In this document: positions 18,167 to 25,746 of the stretch, one piece after another
How positions within the stretch are numbered: the stretch's first letter is position 1
Layout: every line of letters begins with the position of its first letter
DNA from: Acholeplasma laidlawii PG-8A
GTDB taxonomy: Bacteria > Bacillota_I > Bacilli_A > Acholeplasmatales > Acholeplasmataceae
Assembly (NCBI RefSeq): GCF_000018785.1
Contig: NC_010163.1
Location: forward strand, 1,410,001-1,442,000
Reading direction: 5' to 3'
DNA: 32,000 bases
Translations under genes and position numbers: made by a program
Notes under the pieces: model-generated
What the model was told of the DNA's origin: nothing
Database searches by the model: none
What the model saw: the letters and a program-made list of their open reading frames with translations, nothing else

Positions 18167-19750
18167 CTACTTGATGTCATTAAAATAACATCCTTGCCCC
18201 CTATACTGTGGTAATTGAGCAGTTTTTAATGCTAAAGATGCATTTTGGAATAGATCCTGTGCATTAACTGCATCATCATACATCTGTGCTACACCTACAA
18301 ATACTTCAAGCTCTGCAGTAATTGAACCATATTCAATGGTCATGTTTAAATGGTTTTCTTCTGCCTTGATACCTTTATAAAGTGAAGCCATTTTTCTTTG
18401 GTCTGTAATGGTTAAAACAAATTCTAATCCGGATAATCTGTAAAGATCTGAACTTTCTGTAACAAAGGTTTGTTTAAGTTTAGAGATATATTGTCCCATC
18501 AACATATTTCCCACTTCTCTGCCATACATCTCATTGATTTTAGGTATATTTTTTAGGTTAATAATTGCTAGTTGGAAAGGTCTTGTTGTTTTAATTAATG
18601 CTTTTAGATCGGGTAGTATATAGTTTTCATCTTTTATGGTATCAAGTATTTCAATACCGGTTTTTCTAAAGTGTTTAGAATGCATCGGTGTCATAATACC
18701 CATGATCACTGCATTTTGTTTATCTTCAAATAAACGTTTACCTTTTTCTTTAATCCACATAGATTGACCATCTACTAATAATCTATAGCTTACGGAGTAG
18801 CTTGCTTTATTAGGTGTAAGGTCATTTGTAACTTGTAGGTATTTTTTGATATCATCTGCATCAATTAAAGCTCTATAGTCATCTACATTTAAAATGTTAG
18901 ATGGTAGTTTCAATTGATCTCTTACGATATCATTAACCCAAATTGTTTTTTCATCTAAATCTATATAGAATAGACCATCTTCTGATAACTCTAGCGTTGC
19001 TATAAATTTATGTCTAATACTTTCAAGTTCGTAGTCTACTTTTTTAAGCTCTCTTTCAACAACCATTAATGCTTCATCGGTTTTCTTTTCACCCACACAC
19101 ATACGTCCTCTATATTTACCGAGTGCAAAGAGTGGTTGCATATTTAAATGAAGTATGACGGTTTCTCCGTTGAAGTTTAAGAAGTGTAGTTCTTGATCTT
19201 CACTATCGTTTGCTTTAACAGTTTTTTTGTAATCATTATAATATTTTTCAATGGTTCGATTATTAACATCTTCGCCATTTAGTTTGGTAAAACGGATTTT
19301 TGTACCAAATACGGAAAACAACTTTTTACCAACAACATCTGCTTTATCTAAATTAAGTTCTCTTAGAAGTGATATGGATATATCTTTAATACGTTCTTTA
19401 TGGTCGACTACATAATAGACATTCCATTTGGTATTTTTAACACCCTTTATAAAGAGTTGATATTGACTTGCATTTGTAATTGCATTTCTAAATGTATTGT
19501 AAAGAGAAATTAAAAAGACGAAATACGTAAAGTATAGGTAGATGACATAACCCAATAACCAATCTTCATTGGTAACAATGCGCGTTTCATAAATAAAGAA
19601 TAAAACAATAAAGATTGCAATATTAATAAACGAGAAGGTTAATCTATTTTTTAATACATTTTCTTTTAATATCGATTCAGTTACTACAAATACCACAATG
19701 AAAAATGCGATAATAAGGCCAAATATTGGATGTTGTGCGTATGCTAACAT
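18167..19750 (-). CDS. Membrane sensor protein: N-terminal TM helices, two PAS-like domains and a degenerate GGDEF-like domain (SGLEF)
   Basis: 527 aa with about 3 TM helices in the first 95 aa. PAS-like stretch LSEDGLFYIDLDEKTIWVNDIVRDQL...YRLLVDGQSMWIKEKGKRLFED. The C-terminus FQLAIINLKNIPKINEMYGREVGNMLM...LYRLSGLEFVLTI...VGVAQ...LFQNASLALKTAQ is collinear with GGDEF domains, but the GGDEF and metal-binding Asp positions are replaced. Confidence 0.75.
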   Translation of the reverse strand: MLAYAQHPIFGLIIAFFIVVFVVTESILKENVLKNRLTFSFINIAIFIVLFFIYETRIVTNEDWLLGYVIYLYFTYFVFLISLYNTFRNAITNASQYQLFIKGVKNTKWNVYYVVDHKERIKDISISLLRELNLDKADVVGKKLFSVFGTKIRFTKLNGEDVNNRTIEKYYNDYKKTVKANDSEDQELHFLNFNGETVILHLNMQPLFALGKYRGRMCVGEKKTDEALMVVERELKKVDYELESIRHKFIATLELSEDGLFYIDLDEKTIWVNDIVRDQLKLPSNILNVDDYRALIDADDIKKYLQVTNDLTPNKASYSVSYRLLVDGQSMWIKEKGKRLFEDKQNAVIMGIMTPMHSKHFRKTGIEILDTIKDENYILPDLKALIKTTRPFQLAIINLKNIPKINEMYGREVGNMLMGQYISKLKQTFVTESSDLYRLSGLEFVLTITDQRKMASLYKGIKAEENHLNMTIEYGSITAELEVFVGVAQMYDDAVNAQDLFQNASLALKTAQLPQYRGQGCYFNDIK

Positions 19751-19759
19751 AATCTTTAC

Positions 19760-19930
19760 CTATAATACTGGTTGAACATATATCATGAACATAATAAAGA
19801 CTGTTACGATAAATGCTACAACGTAAATTAGCCACTCATGGCGGTCAAAGAATTTAACAACTGTTTCTGCAAATCCTCTAGATCCTAGATATCTAATTGG
19901 TTCTACTAAGAATTTTAAAAATGATTTCAT
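19760..19930 (-). CDS. Small membrane protein (56 aa) between cdaA and the PAS/GGDEF-like gene
   Basis: Below the ORF-track size cutoff. ATG at 19930 with GGGGGA 7 nt upstream, 12 nt after the cdaA stop. Translation: MKSFLKFLVEPIRYLGSRGFAETVVKFFDRHEWLIYVVAFIVTVFIMFMIYVQPVL, with a C-terminal TM helix. TAG at 19762..19760 lies 9 nt before the next ATG. Confidence 0.55.
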   Translation of the reverse strand: MKSFLKFLVEPIRYLGSRGFAETVVKFFDRHEWLIYVVAFIVTVFIMFMIYVQPVL

Positions 19931-19942
19931 TAGATCATCCCC

Positions 19943-20695
19943 CTACTTCATGAATAATGATAAGTATTCATTTAAAGTACTTTCATCTTTCATTTTTGTC
20001 ATGACACCGTTAATCGCTAAAGAAATAGAGCCGGTTTCCTCTGATACTACAACTGTAAGTGAGTCCGTAATTTCTGATATGCCTAATGCTGCACGGTGTC
20101 TTGAACCTGTGGTCTTCTCAAAATTTTCATTACTAGATAAAATAAAGTAAGCACCCGCACAGACAATTTTATCTCCACGTACGATCACTGCACCATCATG
20201 TAGTGGTGTGTTTGGTGTAAATACATTGATCAGTAGTTCATGTGAAACTTCAGAGTTTAAGGTAATAGCTCTTTGAGCATATTGGTCTAAGTTATTATGT
20301 TTTTCAATTGTAATTAAACCACCAATACTTTGTTTAGATAATGAAAGTGCTGCTTTAATGATTTCAGATTTGGTGCGCTCACTACCCATAATGACTGCAC
20401 CTTGTCTTATTGTCTCTTTCCATAAGGATTCAAGTGTTAATCTAAAGTCTGGCGCACCTACAACAATAATAAATATTAGTAATAATACCGGTAATTGATC
20501 ATATGCACCGCTTGCCATTTTTAGTCCTAAGAAATCTGCTAAACCAAATAGAAGCCAAATAATAATATAAAGCAGGAACATCGAAAAAACACGTTTATTA
20601 TATAAAACGAATTTAAGTATTAATACAATTAATATATAGATTAAATAGAAGTCTAATATACTCCACCAATCTAAATTTACAGCCCAATCTGGCAT
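19943..20695 (-). CDS. cdaA: Diadenylate cyclase CdaA (membrane-bound, DisA_N/DAC domain)
   Basis: 250 aa with three N-terminal TM helices, then LHDGAVIVRGDKIVCAGAYF...TGSRHRAALGISEITDSLTVVVSEETGSISLA (DGA and RHR motifs of DAC domains). GAAGGTGA RBS. Confidence 0.92.
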   Translation of the reverse strand: MPDWAVNLDWWSILDFYLIYILIVLILKFVLYNKRVFSMFLLYIIIWLLFGLADFLGLKMASGAYDQLPVLLLIFIIVVGAPDFRLTLESLWKETIRQGAVIMGSERTKSEIIKAALSLSKQSIGGLITIEKHNNLDQYAQRAITLNSEVSHELLINVFTPNTPLHDGAVIVRGDKIVCAGAYFILSSNENFEKTTGSRHRAALGISEITDSLTVVVSEETGSISLAINGVMTKMKDESTLNEYLSLFMK

Positions 20696-20731
20696 ATAAT
20701 CACCTTCTTATTATTGTCAAGTTCAATTATG

Positions 20732-20740
20732 ATTATATCA
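20732..20740 (-). promoter_or_regulatory. Extended -10 element (TGATATAAT), candidate cdaA operon promoter
   Basis: The minus strand reads TGATATAAT about 37 nt upstream of the cdaA ATG. The -35 is weak. Confidence 0.4.
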
Positions 20741-20875
20741 TAATACCTTATGTTTTCTTATATATACTTTGTATTAATGACTGATTTATGCAAGTTAAAA
20801 GATTATCTTCTACTTATCTTGATTCTATATAATGTCACATATTCATTTAGATTACTATGTATTGATAAATGTGCG

Positions 20876-20884
20876 TGATATAAT
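20876..20884 (+). promoter_or_regulatory. Extended -10 element (TGATATAAT), candidate hxlR-hflX promoter
   Basis: The + strand reads TGATATAAT about 50 nt upstream of the hxlR ATG. The -35 is weak. Confidence 0.4.
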
Positions 20885-20896
20885 CAAGGTGTCAAA

Positions 20897-20909
20897 AAGA
20901 TACTATCTT
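20897..20909 (+). promoter_or_regulatory. 13-bp perfect palindrome AAGATAcTATCTT, candidate HxlR autoregulatory operator
   Basis: The inverted repeat sits just downstream of the putative -10 and upstream of the RBS of the HxlR-family gene. Confidence 0.3.
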
Positions 20910-20935
20910 ACTAATGTAAACTATGGAGGTGTCAT

Positions 20936-21238
20936 ATGCAAAGTTGTTCAGTAGAACGTGCAGTCAACTTATTTGGAGATAAATGGAAGTTTTTAATTAT
21001 ACGTGATCTTATGGATGGTAAGATGCGTTTTTCAGAACTTAAAAACTCTATAGGAAATATCTCTCAAAAAGTATTAACTCAAAATTTAAGAGCTCTTGAA
21101 AGTAATGGATTACTTACAAGAACTGTTTACCCAGTTGTACCACCCAAAGTAGAATATGAATTAACTGAATTAGGTTATAGTTTAAAACTTGTGATAGACG
21201 CACTTAGAAAATGGGGAGAATTATATGCAAAAGCTTGA
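20936..21238 (+). CDS. HxlR-family winged-helix transcriptional regulator
   Basis: 100 aa. CSVERAVNLFGDKWKFLIIRDLMDGKMRFSELKNSIGNISQKVLTQNLRALESNGLLTRTVYPVVPPKVEYELTELG matches the HxlR pattern and includes an N-terminal Cys. GGAGGTG RBS. Confidence 0.9.
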   Translation: MQSCSVERAVNLFGDKWKFLIIRDLMDGKMRFSELKNSIGNISQKVLTQNLRALESNGLLTRTVYPVVPPKVEYELTELGYSLKLVIDALRKWGELYAKA

Positions 21239-22475
21239 TAGAGCTATTTTAGTTGCACTTAATTATCAAGGTAATTATGAATCATGTAAGCTGTCACTTG
21301 ATGAATTAGAAGAGTTAGCAAAAGCTGTTCAAATTAAGACTGTAGATAAAGTTATTCAATCCAATGATAAAATTGAACCTAAATTTTTTATTGGTAGTGG
21401 AAAAGTTTTAGAAATCAAACAAATGATAGATATCTTAAATGTTGATATGGTTATTTTTGATGATACCTTATCCCCTGCCCAAATCAGAAACTTAGAAGAG
21501 GCTTTAGATGTTCAAATATTTGACCGTGCCTTTTTAATTTTACAGATTTTTGCATTAAGAGCTCAAACCAAGCAGGCTATGCTTGAAGTTGCACTTGCTC
21601 AAAAACTTTATATGCTACCACGTTTAGCTGGTATGGGTAAATCTCTATCTAGACAAGGTGGTGGTTCATTTAACGCTAAAGGGCCTGGTGAAACCAAATT
21701 GGAAACAGATAGACGTCGATTAAATATGGAAATCACACGTTTAAGAGTATCGCTTGAAGGTATTAAAAAAGAGCGTGGTGAATCTCGAAAACGTCGCTTT
21801 AAAAATAGTATTCCAGTTGTAGCACTTGTTGGTTATACCAATGCCGGTAAGTCTTCTTTAATGAATCATTTATCTAATCTATATGGTACAAATAAAACTG
21901 AAGTATTTGAAAAGGATATGTTATTTGCTACACTAGACACGAAATCTAAACGTATTCAAAAAGACAATCAACCACCTTTTATCTTAATTGATACCGTAGG
22001 TTTTATATCTAAACTACCACCAGAGTTAATTAAATCTTTTGAATCTACTCTAGCAGATATTGCTTCAGCTGATCTTATCTTACATATTGTTGATGGTAAA
22101 AACTATAGTCCGCTACAAATAAACTTCACTAAACAAGTCATTAAAGATCTTGGTTTAGAAGAAACACCTAGATTACTTGTAGTGACTAAGAAAGATTTAT
22201 TAGTACATCAACCAAATATATTAGAAGATTATTTATTAATCTCTAATAAAACTGGTGAAGGCATGAATGACTTATATCAAGCAATTAGTGCACATATCTA
22301 TAAAGACTCAAGAATATTTAAACTACTACTTCCTTTTGATAAGGGTTCTATTTATGAACGTCTAAAATCAGATACAACCATTATTGAAACAAACTACACT
22401 GCTGATGGTATGTTTGTTAAGGTTGTACTCACACCTTATCTTTATAATTTATATAAACCTTATATCATGAATTAA
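21225..22475 (+). CDS. hflX: GTPase HflX
   Basis: 416 aa with the HflX N-terminal domain plus G motifs GYTNAGKSSL, DTVGF and TKKD. The start overlaps hxlR by 14 nt. Confidence 0.93.
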   Translation: MQKLDRAILVALNYQGNYESCKLSLDELEELAKAVQIKTVDKVIQSNDKIEPKFFIGSGKVLEIKQMIDILNVDMVIFDDTLSPAQIRNLEEALDVQIFDRAFLILQIFALRAQTKQAMLEVALAQKLYMLPRLAGMGKSLSRQGGGSFNAKGPGETKLETDRRRLNMEITRLRVSLEGIKKERGESRKRRFKNSIPVVALVGYTNAGKSSLMNHLSNLYGTNKTEVFEKDMLFATLDTKSKRIQKDNQPPFILIDTVGFISKLPPELIKSFESTLADIASADLILHIVDGKNYSPLQINFTKQVIKDLGLEETPRLLVVTKKDLLVHQPNILEDYLLISNKTGEGMNDLYQAISAHIYKDSRIFKLLLPFDKGSIYERLKSDTTIIETNYTADGMFVKVVLTPYLYNLYKPYIMN

Positions 22476-22512
22476 TTTTTACAAAATTTACACATTCTAT
22501 ACAATTGATTTA

Positions 22513-22541
22513 TTGCAAATTTGATCTTCACATGATATACT
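22513..22541 (+). promoter_or_regulatory. Sigma-A promoter driving the riboswitch and permease
   Basis: TTGCAA (22513..22518), 17-nt spacer, TATACT (22536..22541), with TG at the extended -10 position. Confidence 0.6.
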
Positions 22542-22562
22542 TTTTCCATGTTTGATAGTTTT

Positions 22563-22630
22563 GTCGTATAATTGGCTAAATATGGTGGCCAGAGTTTCTA
22601 CCGCAATACCGTAAATATTGCGACTACGAT
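22563..22630 (+). promoter_or_regulatory. Purine riboswitch aptamer, guanine-type (C at the specificity position)
   Basis: GUCGUAUAAUUGGCUAAAUAUGGUGGCCAGAGUUUCUACCGCAAUACCGUAAAUAUUGCGACUACGAU. All hallmark blocks are present (UAUAAU, AUAUGG, GUUUCUACC, CCGUAAAU, GACUA). P2 UGGCU/GGCCA and P3 CGCAAUA/UAUUGCG pair. The J3/1 ACU has C at 22624. Confidence 0.9.
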
Positions 22631-22667
22631 GAGCAACTTTTCTTTTTTAAGTTGTCATGTAGATAGA

Positions 22668-22708
22668 AACCCTTTGTACCTTCAGCAAGTTCAAATGGTT
22701 TTTTTTGT
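22668..22708 (+). terminator. Riboswitch expression-platform terminator
   Basis: Imperfect 12-bp stem AACCCTTTGTAC / GTTCAAATGGTT followed by T8, located between the aptamer and the RBS of the permease. Confidence 0.6.
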
Positions 22709-22751
22709 TTTTGACATCCTTTCAAACAAAAAAGAAAAAGGAGAATCATAA

Positions 22752-24119
22752 ATGAATCAAATTAAAAAGTTCTTCAAGTTTGAAGAACGCGGCGCGTCTT
22801 TCCGTGCAGAAATTATTGGTGGCATTGTCACATTCTTAGCGATGAGCTATATTTTAGTCGTAAATCCTGGTATTGCATCTGGATTATGGTCTGGAGAGGC
22901 TGGTATTCCTTATGGTGGTGTATTCTTTGCAACTGTAGTTGGTGCATTTATCGCAACCATGGTGATGGCTTTACTAGCAAACCTACCCATTGGTTTAGCA
23001 CCTGGTATGGGTGTGAATGCATTCTTTGTAGGTGTCATTATTGGCCAATATGGCTACACATGGCAAGAAGCACTTGCATTGAGTTTTATTGGTGGACTTT
23101 TATTCTTACTTATCTCATTAACACCATTAAGACGTACCCTTATACAAGCAATCCCACAAGATCTTAAAGCTGCAATTGGTGTGGGTATTGGTTTCTTTAT
23201 TGCTTTTGTAGGTTTACGTTTATCCGGTGTTTTTGTTTGGAATGGTCAATTACAGTTAGGTGATCTTACAAGCCCTTCTGTCTTACTTGGACTATTTAGT
23301 GTTGTTTTAATCTTCATTGTACACTCTTTAAAACACGGTATTTCTAAATTCTCATTTATTATATCTATCGTTGTTACAGCACTTGTTGGGTTACTCTTAG
23401 GTCAACTTGGTGTTCAAAATATGCCATCCTTTGGTGAATTCAATTATGATGCATTTGCAGATATTCCCAATGTTGCTTTTGTTGGTGTATTTGAAGGCTT
23501 TAAAACTGTATTTACACAACCAGTATTTACTACACTATTCTTAGTATTTGCTCTCTTATTTGTGGATATTTTCGATACTGCTGGTACTTTAGTAGCTGTT
23601 GGTAAATCTGCTGGTTTAGAAGATAGTGAAGGTAATATTCCTAATTTAGATAAAGCACTACTTGCTGACTCTATTGGTACACTTGTTTCTTCTACACTAG
23701 GTACACCTGAAATTACTTCTTATGTAGAATCTACAACAGGGGTTGAAGCTGGTGCTAAAACAGGATTCTCATCTGTTGTGGTTGCACTATTATTCTTATT
23801 ATCTTTAGCATTATTTCCAATCTTTAATATCTTTACACACTCTTCTGTAACACTAGGTGCACTTGTTTTAGTTGGTGTGTTAATGTCTCAACAATTAAAA
23901 GAAATTGATTGGTCAAACATGACTTCTGCTATTACAGCATTTGTTGTGATTGTTGGTATGATTTTTACATCAAGTATTGCTGATGGTATCGCATTTGGAT
24001 TTATCGTCTATACTTTAATTAAACTTGTTCGTGGTGAGTATAAAGATGTTCACCCAATTATCTATGGATCAAGCGTATTATTTGTTGTATACTTCATCTT
24101 AACTGCAAACCTCATTTAA
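22752..24119 (+). CDS. pbuG: Guanine/hypoxanthine permease (AzgA/NCS2 family, PbuG-like)
   Basis: 455 aa. FKFEERGASFRAEIIGGIVTFLAMSYILVVNP, APGMGVNAFF, FDTAGTLVAVG, TSYVESTTGVEAGAKTG are collinear with B. subtilis PbuG as I recall it. Confidence 0.9.
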   Translation: MNQIKKFFKFEERGASFRAEIIGGIVTFLAMSYILVVNPGIASGLWSGEAGIPYGGVFFATVVGAFIATMVMALLANLPIGLAPGMGVNAFFVGVIIGQYGYTWQEALALSFIGGLLFLLISLTPLRRTLIQAIPQDLKAAIGVGIGFFIAFVGLRLSGVFVWNGQLQLGDLTSPSVLLGLFSVVLIFIVHSLKHGISKFSFIISIVVTALVGLLLGQLGVQNMPSFGEFNYDAFADIPNVAFVGVFEGFKTVFTQPVFTTLFLVFALLFVDIFDTAGTLVAVGKSAGLEDSEGNIPNLDKALLADSIGTLVSSTLGTPEITSYVESTTGVEAGAKTGFSSVVVALLFLLSLALFPIFNIFTHSSVTLGALVLVGVLMSQQLKEIDWSNMTSAITAFVVIVGMIFTSSIADGIAFGFIVYTLIKLVRGEYKDVHPIIYGSSVLFVVYFILTANLI

Positions 24120-24145
24120 TACATAAATTATTTAATTAATTAAAC

Positions 24146-24181
24146 AAAAGAGTTCACTTAGCTGGAAGTGAACTCTTTTTG
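24146..24181 (+). terminator. Rho-independent terminator after the purine permease
   Basis: GAGTTCACTT / AAGTGAACTC stem (24150..24175) followed by T5. Confidence 0.85.
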
Positions 24182-24274
24182 TATGTTAGTAAGATGTTTG
24201 AATCATCTAAGAATATGAATTAAATATCGTTTCATGTTGTTTTTTACATAATCATCCATTAGATTTCTATCCGT

Positions 24275-24314
24275 AATAAAAATGACTCTAAGTTTTATGC
24301 ACACTTAGAGTCAT
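24275..24314 (-). terminator. Rho-independent terminator after the nucleoside operon
   Basis: 12-bp perfect stem ATGACTCTAAGT / ACTTAGAGTCAT followed by a T-run on the minus strand. Confidence 0.75.
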
Positions 24315-24342
24315 TTTATTTAAGTTTTTATGAAATATTATT

Positions 24343-25728
24343 TTATAAGAAGAATAACATTGATAATAAGAACATAAATATGACACCGGCAACCATTGGG
24401 ACCCAAGTACGTTTTACGATACTAAATGGTGTTTGTTTCGTTGAACCAGCGACAATAACTATCACTGCTGAAACCGGTGAAACAGCTCTTAGTAAGTTAC
24501 CTGCTAAGCCCATTGGGACTGTAATAGCAAAAGCACTAATACCTGCTGCAAGTGCTAATGGTGCCATTAATGGTACCATCGCATAGAATAAAGCTGTACC
24601 TGAACCAGATAGAATAACAATAACTGCTGTTAAGATTACTAAAATTAGTGGCAATGTGAAGCCCGGAACATTAGTTGTGGTCATAACTTCTTGAAGATGT
24701 GAAATAATACCTACTGATTTTAAACCTTCAACAAAGACACCTGCTGCAACTAATAATGCAACAATACCCATTGCATTACCCATACCCTTGAAGAATGATT
24801 CTGTACCATCTAGTACTTGACGTGGGTTTCTACTTCTAATAATTTCAGCAACGACTGCAATCAAGAAGGATACTAGTGTAACCAATTCAACAGACATAGA
24901 AATATCGGTTGTACCTGGAATTAAGTTATAACCATATAAGGCTAATAATAGCACGATTGGTAATAAAGGCAATAGTGTATAAACTGTTTTATAAAGTGCA
25001 CTACCTTTAACTTCTTTGATTTCTTGTAATTGTAGTTCTTCTACTTGTACAACACCCTTTGTTGTGTCTTTTTTATCTGAATATTTTTGCCAGAAGTAGT
25101 GAACAACCGCCATGAATAATAAGGTTGGTACAGATACAATTGCATGGTAGCTAAACACATAAGTTGCAACATCCATACCTAATTCGGCAGCTATTGCAAC
25201 GTTATCGCCACCAAGTGGTGTTGGCATAACTGTAGCTGTGGTTGCAATTACAGCGGCTGCTGTTAATGTTGACATACCTGATTTCTTTAATACCGGATAT
25301 AAAGTTGCCAACAATATAATAGCTAGGTTTGATGCACTTGGAATAACTAGAGATAATACGTTACCTAGTAAAAAGACAATTGGTACTAAGATCCAAGCAG
25401 ATTTGATCCCTTTTAGTGGTTTGGTCAATGTGTTAACAGTGACTTCATTCGCACCAATTGCGCTCATATAAGCCGTGTAACCACCTTATATTAAAATGAT
25501 GAATCCGGCACGTGGTAGGACAGCTTTAAATTGATCAATAATCAAATTAAATGGTGCCATAAATTCTGAAAACTGTGTGGTTGGTAGATTACCCATAAAC
25601 ATAGCAACTACAACCAATAACATCCCTACAACGAGCAATGTAACCTTGATGTCTAATTTCTTTAACAGCATATAAATAACTGCTGCAACAGCTAATATAC
25701 TAGCCGCATACATTAAGAATAAATTCAT
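24343..25728 (-). pseudogene. DcuC-family anaerobic C4-dicarboxylate-type carrier interrupted by a single in-frame TAA
   Basis: ORFs 25486..25728 and 24343..25467 are in the same frame. The read-through translation is ...AGFIILI*GGYTAYMSAIGANEVTV..., with TAA at 25488..25486. The joined length is 460 sense codons. It is collinear with E. coli DcuC (...CGFAAYMTHIGANDMVV...) as I recall it. Confidence 0.75.
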
Positions 25729-25746
25729 ATTTTATCTCCTGTTTTT

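Noticed and set aside
19950-20150. 66-aa + strand ORF
   Set aside because: It is antisense to the conserved DAC domain of cdaA.
22886-23167. 93-aa same-strand alternative-frame ORF inside the purine permease
   Set aside because: It is an out-of-frame overlap with a strongly supported transporter. It is Trp/Cys-rich, which is typical of off-frame translation.
24380-25471. + strand ORFs of 68 and 77 aa opposite the DcuC-like gene
   Set aside because: They are antisense shadows of a membrane protein gene (Ala/Thr/Ile-rich mirror frames).
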